From: Yuukianura sp. NJ FZ-2021
Taxonomy: Eukaryota
Assembly (NCBI GenBank): GCA_046563655.1
Contig: CM102290.1
Span: 12,958,001 to 13,022,000 of the forward strand
Direction of reading: 5' to 3'
DNA length: 64,000 bases
Below are positions 11,885 to 25,283 of the stretch, piece after piece; position 1 is the stretch's first letter; the number at the start of each line of letters is the position of its first letter. Both the position numbers and the translations under genes were made by a program. The notes under the pieces are model-generated. The model was not told the DNA's origin, did not search any database, and saw only the letters and a program-made list of their open reading frames with translations.

Positions 11885-14566
11885 AATGAAAGTTCAAAAT
11901 GTCACTTTGATGCTTTCGGTCCTTCTTATTGTAAAAAATGGAACTGATTGTTACTACAATGCAAACGTGTGATGTTTTCGCAACAATCTGTGAAAAAACT
12001 ACTGCTTTCCCATGCGCCCTATTGTACTGTTCTAAAAGTATTTAAAATTTACAAAACCGATATTGTCGATTTTCGTCGCAGTTGTACTCACTGAATTGCC
12101 GCAGGTAAATACTTGTGATCTTTAGAAAAGTGACGCTTTTATTCCGAGTTTGTTAGAAAGCAGGAATGTTCGAAGAGCAACTGGAATGGAGACTTTTAGC
12201 ATACCGCGGAAAATGAGGCTCGTCCGGCTTTTGAGGTGATTGAAACATGGGTTTATGGCGAATTCTGCTAAAATCACGGAAGATAGTAAAACAGCAAGCA
12301 ATGATAAAGGTATTTATTATAATTGAGATAAACTAACTAATGTATTGTTAACTCATTAACTAAATCTGTCTAGAGAGGTGAGTTAGGTGTTTAAGAAGAG
12401 AATGTATGTTTTATTCCAAAATTCTCGTATTACTTTGTACAATAAGTGCGTCCTATGTTCTTGTATTAGTAAAATGAAGTCACTTGCGGATTTTGCGGAC
12501 GTTGTTCGCTAGTTTGCATCGAAAATTTATTAAAAAAAAAAAAATCAAAAATTTCTGGAGTGTATTAAACGAGAAGAGAGAATAAAGTGCATACTACAGA
12601 AATAACACATTCGGTTTGGATATTCGATCGGAAGAAAACTATAACCATGTCCTTATCCGCGGTGGTTTGAGGGATCAACAGCCAAGACTTTTACCTTTTA
12701 CTTTTACCTTACCTTGACTTTTCACCTGAGTTTCAATATGAAATCCACAAAAATGGAACAAATGTTCCTCTCTTTATCAAAAGTATTGTTGTTTATCAAA
12801 ATGATCTTGATCCACAATTTTATAATTTAATAATTTAAATTTTGATAAACGTTTTACTGAATTTAATAAATTTTTTAATAGCGCTATTAATACTAAAAGT
12901 ATAGTTTGAATTTTTCACCTTTTATGCAAGTAATGTGTATTTTGTTACGGGTGTGTCCAATTAAGTTTTAATTCAGAACATGAAGTTTTATTCTGTATGT
13001 ATTATTACTTTGTATATATTATAATATTATTTATATTATATAATATACTTTTGATTCGATTCAAGTAACGCCAGAAGAGGGACCTTGAAAAACCTTAACC
13101 GTTGCCTCACCTTAGCCGTAACCTTCACCGTTTTCAATGCAAAACATCGACCTAACTGTAGACAATTGGTTTTGATCAAAGTTCAAGGATGACCTCTGTT
13201 CTCTCCAAATGGAATTTGTATACAATTTGAAAGGTCGGGTCAAAATTGACAAGGTCATTCTTATGCCCCACTTCATTTGTCCCAATGTTCAACATTTTCC
13301 TTCAAACAGCTAATTTGACACCGTAACTTCAAGGTTTTCAGCAGAACTTTGATTCTCACCATTTTAAAACGAAGTAGGTAAAGTATTTTTTTTTTTTTGT
13401 AAAACATAGATGCCATGAAAGCATATGCTGTGTTGACACTTCTGGGTCAGAGGTCGACATTCTACTAACAACTGCCACAATCCCCAGTTCAATTTGAGTA
13501 AACATCATTTCTTGGTTCTAAGGTTTCCAAGTGATTAACATTTCAAGCTTAATTTCCGGGTAGGCGTGAACATTTAATAAAAGTGTTTTGTGTAAAGTCT
13601 AACCTCAAACCTAACGTAATTTTTATTGGGGGATTGACCAACTCTTTAGTAAATGGGGAATAAGATGTTATGCAGAAAAACGATTGTGCAAAACGTAACT
13701 GGTTACAGTTACAACAGTTTCCTACAAAATGTCATGTCACATCGATGTGTCCAATTCTTTTTCCAATAACAAAATAAGTAAGTACACTTGGCGTCTTTTT
13801 GTGTAAATACTTACTAAAAGCAAAATTAAAAGAAAGAGTTGCACTGCATCGGAATTGCAATAAAGCAGATGAAGTCACTTTGTATACACGTAGTAGCATC
13901 CAATCCATTTTTAGGCTTTGTTTTGGTCGATTTTTGCACTCTTTTGTGCTGTTCCTTCCCTTTGGACTTTTAAGTGGTCCGGGACATTCAACTTATACTT
14001 ACAAGTACATCTACTATCCCATTCAACTCATCCTGGACCAAACCCGGCTAGTTGTGTCAAGTGACTATCAATTAGTACTTCCTGCGACTGATTAACTTCA
14101 ACGGACACCATTAGCTAAGGCCGAGAAACAACGGAAGAGCGTATCCAAGTTAACGCTGAGAAGATAAAATGTCGTCAAGAGTAGCCTAACTGTAACTCTC
14201 AGCTGGGTCATCCTGGTCCAGGTCCAGTCCACGTTAAATTATCGTGTCAAACTCAAAGTCAAGAGGTTTGACTTAAAACAGTGTCACTATGTAATATCTG
14301 CCATGTCAACTCTTCTTTGGTTAGTCCAGTTCAATAGGTCTCTGTATTATGCATCATAAGGTCTTCTGCGTAAATTTAAGATAACAGTTCCAGATTAAGA
14401 CCGCAAAGTAGAAGAGAGAGGCTGTTATTCTTAAAAAGCTGAACCTATTTGTTCTTGATCTATCTTTAGAAGTTCATTTTCAATGGGCCAACACGACTGC
14501 CGCTGCTAGTACGTCAACTTTTGGACCTAACTCAAAAAAATTGCTATTTGAGTCCTCCGAAACCAA

Positions 14567-17357
14567 ATGTCTTCCACGGGACGGTACTCCGAAATTCCTC
14601 GGGAGAAGCATCTCTTCATGTCCACCGCTGCTTGCGTAAGTCACTATACTAATTACTTGGTGTACGTCGGCCCATTCATATCCGGTTGGGTGTTCATGTC
14701 ATTCACGTAGTTATGTGTGCTATTTAGTATCATTTTGTGGTCGGAGGAAAGGGAAAGGAAGTGGCAAGGGAATTCCGTCAGATCCAGAGGCTCTGTACTG
14801 CATCAACTTCACGGAACTCTGAAAACTCCAGGAGCAGAGTGCATTGTCAATGTAGATTTAAGTCCTGGAACATCATCCAGTGTAGGTTGTGCAAGTTTAC
14901 AACAGATCGAACGCTTCTAACATAGGAAGTAGGTTGAAAAAGTTGGTTTCCCTTCGGGTCATGGCCAGAGTACAGCAATGTGAGAAAGTAATTTGACGAC
15001 GAAGATCAGTTTTTCGTAAGTTTTGGAGAAAAAGCTACTCGCGAGTGACGTAAATTCATCGATATGTGATGAGCAGCATTGTGTCTTGTCGATATTTCTA
15101 TTTGATCTCCGGGATCAGTTCAGTCTTAACGAAGACAGATTTTTGGAATTTGTCGTGAACTGAACGTGATGAAGCTTCTTGTGATACGTCGGATCCATTT
15201 TTTCTGAAAAAGTAATCTTCATTTTCTTTGTCTTTTTCACAGGCAAAATCCATACGAAAGATGTCCTGTTTTGAATCTCACGATGAAGATCATCCCAAGA
15301 TTGCCAAGAAGAACTTCAGCACTAAGTGAGTGATTGTGATAGCTTCTTTTTCACCTTTAGTGTTCGTGTTCAGACAACTCTGATCACGATAACATCCTTG
15401 AATTTGCAAATTTTGCAGTTAAGTTATTCTGCATATTCATTTTGATTCAGCTCACTCCCACGCTCAGGAAGAAATGCGCAAGTTTTCGATGTACTTCGAG
15501 TTCCAGCAGATGAATTGGCGGCACAGCTGACCCTAATTGACTTTGAACTATTTGCACAAATTGATCTAGATGAACTAATATCCTGCGGATGGATTAAGAA
15601 AAATAAGCAACAAATTGCTCCACATACTGTTGCTTACACACGACGCTTTAATCATGTACGATTTTAACTAAATTTTATTTAGTTCAATAGTATTTTATTT
15701 ATTTATATGTATAAATGTATTTATTATCTATTTTTTTCCAGGTTAGCTATTGGGTCGTAGAAGAAATACTTAAACATGAGTCGCGCAAACTCAGAGCTGA
15801 AGTGATCTCGTACTTCATAAGAGTCGCCAAAAGTCTCTATGAGGTCAACAATCTCCATTCTCTAATGGCTATAATATCAGCTTTAAGAAGCGCCTCTATA
15901 TATAGGTAAAACTAAACTTAAACTAACTTTGAAAGTAAAATAACGAATGTTGTATTTTTACTAAAATTGTAATTGGATATATTGCTTATAGGCTATCAAA
16001 TACTTGGCCACTAGTTCCAAAGAAGGAGAAACAAACTCTAGAGAAGTACACAGAGCTTTTGTCCGAGAAGGACAACTGGTCAAAGCTTCGAGAGCATATG
16101 GACACACTAGGTAAAAATTTTTGAAGTCATGTACAGAATGATGTTACGAGTTTCCAATTCTAAATTATAATACTATTTCTGAATTACAGTTTTCCCGTGC
16201 GTTCCATACATTGGTAATTTTTTGTTGAAAACTTTTGTTGAATTTTTAACTTTTCTGAAAATTCTACAACTAATTGTATTTATTTCTTGTAGGCGTTTAT
16301 CTGACTGACTTAGTTTATCTGAGCATGGCCAACCCATCTTGTAGTCTCAAGGAAAGTGTAGCTGCCAATAACATTTTTCGGATTGTGACGGCGTATCAAG
16401 CGGGGTCTAACTATTCTCATCTCCCTGTGAACTATACACTTCAGGCCCAACTCAAATACGTCCGATACATTGACGAACTTTTAAAATTCGTAGAAGACGA
16501 TAATTTCAAGAAATCTCTGCAACTGGAACCTCCAGGAGTCGAGAGCTCTCCTAGCCAATCCTTGTCACCACTAAAATTTATTCCAGGACACAAGAAAACT
16601 AATAGTTGGGGAAGCAAGTACGGAAAGCACAACAAGAAAAAAATCAAGTAGCATCTAACTGTTTTTATTGTTTTCAAAAGGCCAAAGTTGACTGAAGGTG
16701 ACTCGAATAGTGCCGAGAGCTTACGCCATTTGCTCGACGACTCGTTACTGGAGAAAACGGAAGACGGATTGACCGAGTTACGACTTAGTACGCCTGGAGA
16801 AACTGAAAAAATCGTCGGCCCGAGTGACATTTCACTGGAAGGTTGCTTGAGGCGTAAAACGCTGCTCAAAAACGGGAAGAAACCGCCAATGGCTTCGTGG
16901 CAACGGTACTGGGTCCAAGTGTGGGGTCCAGTTCTGCTTTATTACTCAGCCAAGGCGTTGACAGGGTGAGAAACCGAGTGTGGCATGCGTGTCATTTGCT
17001 TTAGAAAAGCAGTTTTACAGGATACAAGTTACTTATGTTTTGTGTTTGCAGTTCTGAGAGATCTGACTTTAAAACGGAGCCATGCAAGATGAAATCCATT
17101 ACGGGTTGCCTAGTCCAAATGGCAGATGATCCGCTTCATGGAGATTCATTTCACTTGGCCGATCCACAATCAGGTATCTGGACAGCATAACATTAAAGAC
17201 TAATTGGTTTGTGATTTTAAACGTTCATTTGTCTGTGCTAGGTAACTACTACAAGTTCAGAGCAGGAAGTACAGCAAGAGCTTTAGTCTGGTGTCGAAAA
17301 CTTCGGGATTCCCAGAAACAGCCAAATCGTTCCACGAATTTGATAAAGTTTGACTAA
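14567..17357 (+). CDS. RalGPS: Ral guanine-nucleotide exchange factor with CDC25/RasGEF and PH domains (RalGPS)
   Basis: Start MSSTGRYSEIPRE. RasGEF motifs FDVLRVPADELAAQLTLID, RRFNHVSYWV, NNLHSLMAIISALRSASIYRL, PCVPYIGVYLTDL and EDDNFKKSLQLEP. PH domain EGCLRRKTLLKNGKKPPMASWQRYWV. About 10 GT-AG exons; stop at 17355-17357. Confidence 0.93.
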
Positions 17358-18418
17358 TAGGATAATTTTCCTCGCTTTTCTGCAAGTATTAGTCAGTCCG
17401 CGTTAAGCCTAAAGCTACTACTTACGATTAGTGGTGCTAGTCACCAGTTCTGGCTTCCCTTTGGCAGTAGTTGGAAAGCCATTCAACCTAAAAATGGCTT
17501 TGAAAACAGTTTTCCATGCGTAGACTGGAACTCAACTTACCGTAAAACTTCTAGTACACGTCCGTTTATTCAAAATTCCAACTTTTACCTCCGGAGGTTG
17601 CCAAAGACCGGCGTTTATTACAAGTTTTACGGTACTCAACTTGACTCTTGTAGTTGTCGTCAACCGAGTCATTGTGTTCATTAGTACAAAAGGCATCTCT
17701 CTCTGTAAACTTAAGTTCCCGCCGCAATATTTTTCGTTCGTAATTAATCATGTCGTAGACTCTAAGGTTGTGCTTACACATGACACGTTTCGTACTACTT
17801 TTACATACTAGCTCCATTTGAGCCATTCAATTAAAAAATAATAGTCGTTCATCGCCAGAAGTCTAATATAAGTTAGAACAGGAATAGCTTTGGTAAATCA
17901 AATGCTTGGGAAATTGACAAAACTGTGTCATTTGACATCTAACCTTGTCATCCCTCTTATATATTCAGAATAATAAATGTAACTAATAGAGCTCAAGCTC
18001 ACTTAAGTATTGTTCTCGGCTTGAGGAAGGGAAAGACATCCGTTTATTTTGACTAGAAGTGAGTTATTACAATTACTTCTGTTTTAGTAATACATGTTTA
18101 TGAATCCGCAGACCAAAACGTAACCGGTATTTGAAATGTGACAAGTAAAAAAACAACAACAAAGTGACACAAAACACAAAGGGAACATATAATACGTTGA
18201 GGACAGGAATGGGGCATTAAAAAGGAATAATCGCAGGAGTTTAATTAAACTACTTAAGTTTAATTAAAGTATTTCGAATAACCCTAAATACTCTTATTAG
18301 TACATCTTACTGCGGGGGAGGTGGGGGGTATTCGGATGATTTACATTTAGTAAATGCGCTTCTACTCATTTCCGGATTAACTCGGTAGAAGATGGAAGAA
18401 TCTGACTGGTTACACTTC

Positions 18419-21400
18419 TTAGATTTTGCTTTCCATTGAAATTGGAGGAGGAAGCTCTTGGTTCCGTGAAACAATCGTAACAGATGACACTCTTGCCTGT
18501 TGGTAAGCAGCGATGGTGTTCTGGCTCAGAAACCTTAACGAAAAGATAAAATTAAAACCCAATTACCGTTAACTAATTCAAAAATAGTGGTAAAGTATTT
18601 CTCTTACTTTAGAATTACGTAGACAGCAACCACGGAGATGCCGATGACTAAAACTTTATACGCCGGTTGCGGAAGAATGTGACATGCTGCCCATGCACAC
18701 AAGAAAATAGCAGCAATGGCCGCCACCATGAGACTCAGTTTCAGCCAATGAGCGGCAGAAACGTCTGAACATGACGACCAGCGAAAACGAGATTCAACTT
18801 GTAATTTGTATGGAGATTTGCACACGGCGCATGACAAAGGATTCCCTCGGGAGGCGAGCTAAATAGTCAAAACTCAATTACTTTAAACCATATTCGTTTC
18901 TTCTCAAGAAATCAAATTCAAATGAAATAGGAACCTCTTGGAGCCAGATCCGGAGACAATCGTGATGAGAACTTGCCACATCTCCCCGGCAATCGCACGG
19001 TTGAATTAAGGGACCCATTGTAGAATCATTCGACGGGTCACAACAAATAAAACAAATGACATCTCCGCTCTGCGCCGAGTCATCAGAAACTACACAAAAG
19101 TGGCAGAAAACTATAAAAATCTTGCAATAGTGCCTGTGTCAGCGTGGACATATGTGTTCTCGTGCACTCTACTTTAAGTAGATGTCCATCATAACGATAA
19201 CACCCACTTAAAGTCGAGTGCAGACTACTTTGTGATGTTATGTGCTTAGAGATGAGTTACTATTCACAATTACCTATAGTATTAACGCTGGCTACTTCCT
19301 CTTGCTCATTGACTTTAAGTAACTTCTTGGGATTGAGAATCCACAGCTGATCGGGGCGGTTCACATTCCACAAAACACATGGAAACCATAACACAACTCC
19401 GATCTCAACAGCTCGAAAAACGATGTCGTGATAGTTTCTCTTTTCGACGTCCACTCTATAGAAAGATACAAACATAAATATCAAAACCAAAAAAATCAAT
19501 AGTAATGTTCCCTTACTTATTTTTCCAGAATTCGCCAAGGATATCCGACAGAATAAAGACGATTGTAATCAAGATCATGGAGGCTTGAGACACCAACCCA
19601 AGACGCGATTGGTTCAGTTGAGAAATATTCACTGGCTGCGAGTTATCCACCTATAAAAGTCAAATTAATAATTATTACATACCAAAAAATTAATAAGCTC
19701 CAGCCTACATTGAGAAGCAAGCGGTTAACCAAACCAGTACTTAAAAATGAGCAACTACTTGGGCACAGAACAAATATAAAAAAGCTGCCATGCCTGATTT
19801 CCACTAACTAAAGATAATGTGTCTCCTTTCTTGCAAGATGGATCCTGTTGAAGATGTCTGCTTGGACTTAGAAGCAGAAAGCCTCCTCTGACCTACGTAC
19901 AAATAGTTCGTTGTGACTTAAAAGTTTGCAATTCGAGAATGTCGAATGTCAAGGAAAGGATGTAGGATGGATTGAAATTCGCTGTTCGACATGTGAATTT
20001 TTGGGGACTAAAAAGTAAAGTGAGGTATGGAATATTCATAGCAACCTAACCTGAAAAAAACAGCGGAGTTTTTCTAGTACGATCAGCGAAAAAAACGAAC
20101 GTTTTTACAAATACATGAAATTTGAAGATGAATTGAAGTTAAATGACTTGAATTGAAAGATTTTTAAAAACGAGGTTCGTTCATAATTGACATTTAAATG
20201 TTATTTCTTAAATTAATTTGAAATGTTTTAAACTTTGTTAATTATATTGTTCAACAAGTTCGAATGTAGTTTGGGGTGACTTGAGATTTTTGCAAAAACG
20301 TTCGTTTTTTTCGCTGAACGCTCAGTAGAAAAACTCTACTGTTTTTTCAGGTTATAGTTCATGTACAAATACTTACAGTGCATTACTGTATAAACATTTA
20401 GGTAACCGGGATGAGAGGTGAGAATACGAACATATATATACTGTTATCATTTTATAATTTAGTACCTAATTAATTAGCTAGTCTTACCTTGAAGTAGACT
20501 TCTACGCCGTATATTAGGAAGAAAATGACCACAACTAGTAAAAGAACTGCATAACACCCGTTAAATATGTTGAAATAGTAACCCTGCAAAGGAAATACCT
20601 GGTACAGACTCCATAGCATGACAGCGTTAACTTAACAGTGTATAATTTGCATAATGCACAATCGATTACCCGTTCTGTCTCGTTATTGTTAGCCAGCACA
20701 AGTAGCAATTGCACTAGTAGGATTGAATAAGTAAGGATGTTGAAAGCCAAAAATCCGAGGAAGGATTTGGACAGGAAGCGATGAGATTCAAAACAAACGT
20801 TCCTCAGATGAAATCTCTACAAAAAAAAATTAGTTTGTTATTGAACAATCAATCCCGCTGTGTAATGAACAACAGTGGAACATAAAAAACGTACCTCCGC
20901 CCAGAAGCAGACAATCAATGACGAACCAGTAAGTAGTAGGGGGTAGTACGCACTAAGCAGACTCAGCAGCCAATCTGATGTCCATGTTGCCTGAAACCGA
21001 AAAATTAACAATCCATTGAGATACTGAGAACACAATACCTAGCAAGAATATCATAGTTCTACTAGAGCTATTCGGTTCCAATTGTGCTTGAAATACTACT
21101 TTTTCTCCTTACCGACACCGCATAGTACGCAGTCCGCAACGATGAAGCTAAGAATACAATTGCATATATAGCTTTCGGAGTGGTTGGGCTGAACGCGTCA
21201 CGGAAGCAACTTCCTTTGTCCGCACTATTTCGACATGACATCACCATGGCGATGAGAAGCTGTATGAAAGACACCAACGCAACGACAAAGTATGTTGCAG
21301 CAAGCCCTACGTAATAATTGAGATTCATCCCTCCGCATTCGCTCCCAGCAAACTTAATCTGAAATTGGAAATCCAATTTCATTGCTTATTATCAACATAT

Positions 21401-21562
21401 GATAGGTCATAGTTCATTGTCATACTGAAACCTACCTCACAAAAGCAAGTGCCATTGAGGCAGTCGCCGTGTCCAGAACAGTTGCCGGTACACATTCCTC
21501 GGAAAATGTCGGAGTAGATTTCACGTAGATAGCTGTCGATGGACATGACCGTTGGTGTAACC
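18419..21562 (-). CDS. Membrane protein with N-terminal EGF-like module, multiple TM helices and a C-terminal RING-variant (C4HC3) domain followed by two TMs; putative membrane E3 ligase; 5' exons unresolved
   Basis: CTGNCSGHGDCLNGTCFCE (EGF-like). TM exons YYPLLLTGSSLIVCFWAE, FKVRGGF and VEIGVVLWFPCVLWN. CFICCDP..LIQPCDCRGDVASSHHDCLRIWLQE..CAVCKSPY (RINGv). Stop at 18419-18421. Confidence 0.85.
20049..20352. mobile_element. MITE with ~65-bp imperfect terminal inverted repeats, intronic
   Basis: ta|acctgaaaaaaacagcggagtttttcta..cagcgaaaaaaacgaacgttttt ... aaaaacgttcgtttttttcgctg..tagaaaaactctactgttttttcaggt|ta. Confidence 0.75.
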
Positions 21563-24500
21563 TGGAAAGGACATAGAATAAATTCCATTAGCATTGACAT
21601 TACATTCCCGTTGTTATTTCTCACAACAATGTTCTAACAACAACATATGTAACATAGTAAATATAAGTCTACTCTCATAACATTAGACAATTCAGTTTTG
21701 TTTACAAACTGACTAAGTGCAATGGAAAAGTCCATAATCTGATTTGTGAACGCGTGAACCTTTTCGCAGCAGCTGAGCTACCAGACCTTGAGGCCTTTTG
21801 CAATAACGTCGCATTCCCACCCAGTATGTTATACGCCAGTATTTCCTAACCTAATCATTGACGATTGACCATTAGGGCTTACCCATTTTACATTATCGAG
21901 TACGTTCAAATTATCGTTTCAGTTGTTTTGTCGTGCACTTTGTACAGAAAAGATACAGATAAGTTCTGAAATGTCATTGAAAAGTTCTGAAAGTTCTGAA
22001 ATGTCCTTGAAAAGGAAGCTCAATGTCAATCCAATTCAAAATTTAAACGAGTTGTCCAAAGCTCCCAAGTACTGATGACCTCTGCCTGTGTTTCTAGTGG
22101 TCTCTGGCCTGGCTGCTGTCTGGTGCTCTCTGGGCAGGAAGCAACTAATTAAGAAGGAAATGGAACAGTTATGAAAACAAATGATCGATGCTGACTCGTT
22201 AAGGGTTTAATCGTTATGTATTTTTTAGTACAGAGTAGGTATGTCAGTGTTAGGACATACAGAATTGGTTAATTACCATGTTGGTATGAACCAACATACA
22301 ATAAATTCTTAATTAACGAACCAAAGTCCCTCCGTCGTTCGTAAGAACTACGACGTATACGATCACAGAGACTAAACTTGCGGAAGTGTGGAGGTCAGCC
22401 AATTGTGGATAAACCGCAACTTATTTCTTAACGGAAAGAAACTAGAAAGTACAAGGTCGACTTACGGAAGAAGAGGAACCGATGATGGGGGTCAAGTAGT
22501 GGGAGTGTGACTCCCTCAGCTAGTTGTAAGGTTTTGAGTGTATGGATACTAACTGGCAACTGTAACCACAAATTCCAGAGATAAGTTGAATTATTCCTAA
22601 ATGTTAATTAATACTGAACAGAACAATGAGATGAGATGCACTGGCTGATTGACAAGGAGTTGGGAGGCAGTTGAGAGCTATGAAGTGCATGACCATATCT
22701 TTTACTCTGCTGATATACATATATCCACGTTGGTGCAAATTGTTGGGTTGAAGTAAGGACTGAGTTGCCTAATTGCAACTACACAATTTCCCTCTGCAGT
22801 CATCTTCTGTGGCTACGATATATGACTATGCCAGACTGTAGAATGTAGAAATTTGCTACCACATTAGCAAAAACCTAATCTGGAGCGGTAACATAATTGC
22901 CGTAAGGTGTAGCCAGTCTTTGTTGCCAGTGATTGGCCAAGCTCTATGTGTAGATTTACTGTCGCTAAGCCTTACTCCAACCAGCAGTTGCTATTCCTAC
23001 CATGTGGTTTTTATTACCCTCGGCCTCCGTCCGTTTGCCGTCGTAGGCTAATACCGAATACCGCAAGCACAAGCGAAAGTTGTCTAGCGCACAACTAAAA
23101 CTCCGAACTTCTATGACTGCAGTTCGTCCCGTTGTCGGAGTCAAGCTATTACGTCGAAAAGCAATTAAGCGAACATTCTATTCTTGCAATTTGACTTCAT
23201 GACATTAAAAACGCGAATCTTTGAAAAAACATACAAAGGGGGACCCTTCCCTTCAAAGAATTTCTTTTGCGGAAAACGATCCGTAACCGTAACTATGTAG
23301 TGGCGGACTTACATCTCCGCATTAGTATCAAAATATATTTAAAGTTTTAATGAAGACGCGTTAAATCATGTAACACGTATTCATTTTGTATTTTGCAAAA
23401 TCCATTACATAATCCGAATTTACAACCACCGCCTTCCTATTTAAACTTAATGGTCTATTAAAATTAAGGCCAAAAACAGCACTTTACAGTTTAGTATTGT
23501 GTTTCACGTGTCCTCAATTTTGGTTCCGTCAGAGGGTGGTTTAAAATTTCTCTCTCTATAAAACGTATGGAAGTATTGTTTAACTCGGGAGAAATAACAA
23601 TGGATTTGGTTTCAAAACTACCGCCGTCTGGTTCCATGCTTTTTTTTATAGAGAAATGGATTGATTGCTGTCTGTTTTGAACATATCTATTTTTCTTGTC
23701 TATAACATTTCTATACGCTTTGCAACATTTTAGGTTCAAACCGGTTTTTTGCAACTCAGCGTCACAAATAATTCTTAACTGTGGTTCTCCGTTGCCAATT
23801 TCCAGTTTAGAACGGCTTGAATTTAAAGAAACTTTTTAAAATCTACCCAACAAAAGGAAATAAATTCCACAAAGATTCTCAGAATAGAAGCGGTAGGACG
23901 GAACTGTTGTTGTTAAAAATCTCAATTACTTTGTTCATTAGATTCCAGTTGATGTTTCCTTGTCAGAGATGTTTTAATTTCCACTCTTACGAATGTGGAG
24001 GACGCCGACGTTAAATTTGCACTCACTAGTGTTATATTATTCGACAAGGAAGATACATAGTGCAAGAATATATCACGGCAGTTTTTGCTTTTTTTTTTGC
24101 GCTGATGACGATCAACACAAAAAAAAAAGTTTGCAAAAAAGTTGCATTTTTTCACACTCCAAACCAGTAATTTCTGAGTTTCATCTGCAGTCGCTGGGTA
24201 AATCTGAAGATTTCCAAACTCCAGGGAAACTTTCTCTATTCGTTTTTTTTTGAATGAAGACATAAAATTTTACAAGGTCCACCGACCTCGACGTCGAGGA
24301 TTTGAATGTTTACTATAACCGTGGGAAAATTTAAAACAAAAAAGTGTGAATGGCAGAAAAACAAAGTTGGTTTTAATGAGTAAGCAACTACGAAGGCACT
24401 GGAAATTGAAATACGCCGCTGCTAGAAAACTCCATTGACGTGATCAAACGCTGTGTAATGAACCTGACTGATTGCGTCAATTGGATAGTATCTGTTTGCT

Positions 24501-25283
24501 GGGAAAATTTTTGCAACAATAATAAAACGTTTACCTTTCTCCATTTTTGGAAACAATGTCAAAATCTGCTGAAAATGGCTCTATCTCTTTTTTTGAATCT
24601 TGAACAAACACAAGTTCACGCCGTTAGTGTTTGAAATCTTACGCTAAAAGTACTAATACAAACAAGCCCGTTCGGATTGAATTTAGGGTGACAAATGATC
24701 AGGACAAATCAAGAACACACTTGCACATACACCGCATTATGGCATCAGTAACTAGAAACTTTAATCCAGAGGTGGTTTTGTGTTTTCTTGTGGTGATAGT
24801 GTGAATATAGAATGAACATTATTTCAACAAATCGACCTTGTGAGCAAAAACTCGTATAAAAATGCACATGACGAAGAAAGCATTTATATAATTTAAATGG
24901 ATGACTCGCTGCCATTTACATACTAGATTTTGACGAAGCATTGACTGTTGAGCCTTGTGCTGCCCATGGCCTTGGATATACTTCCGCGCCTTTGTGGATT
25001 CTTAATTTAACAATTTTTAATAATTAAATAGCTTCCGGAATTAGATTAATTAATTGTTATAATACGGTATATCTCCCACAGTGCTGCCTTTTTCACAACA
25101 TTAGAACCAAACATAAACGCTCGAATAAGTCGCAAGATTTGTGGTAATAGTTGTATTGCAGTGTCGTAATATTATAATATTTTGTTAGCATAAGATGTTA
25201 ATGTGGTGTGTACGGTGTTCAAATGCTGTATGCTGTATACTGTATGTATTTTTTGACTTGCGCAGTAGAATAGCATGTACTGT

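Noticed and set aside
12091..12270. Exon-like block upstream of the repeat-FAS1 ATG
   Set aside because: It has plausible splice sites on the minus strand but stops in all three frames. At most it is a UTR exon, which cannot be supported without transcripts.
23200..24300. Possible decayed transposase or viral ORF fragments
   Set aside because: The frames are short and stop-riddled, with no motif I can recognise and no clear termini.
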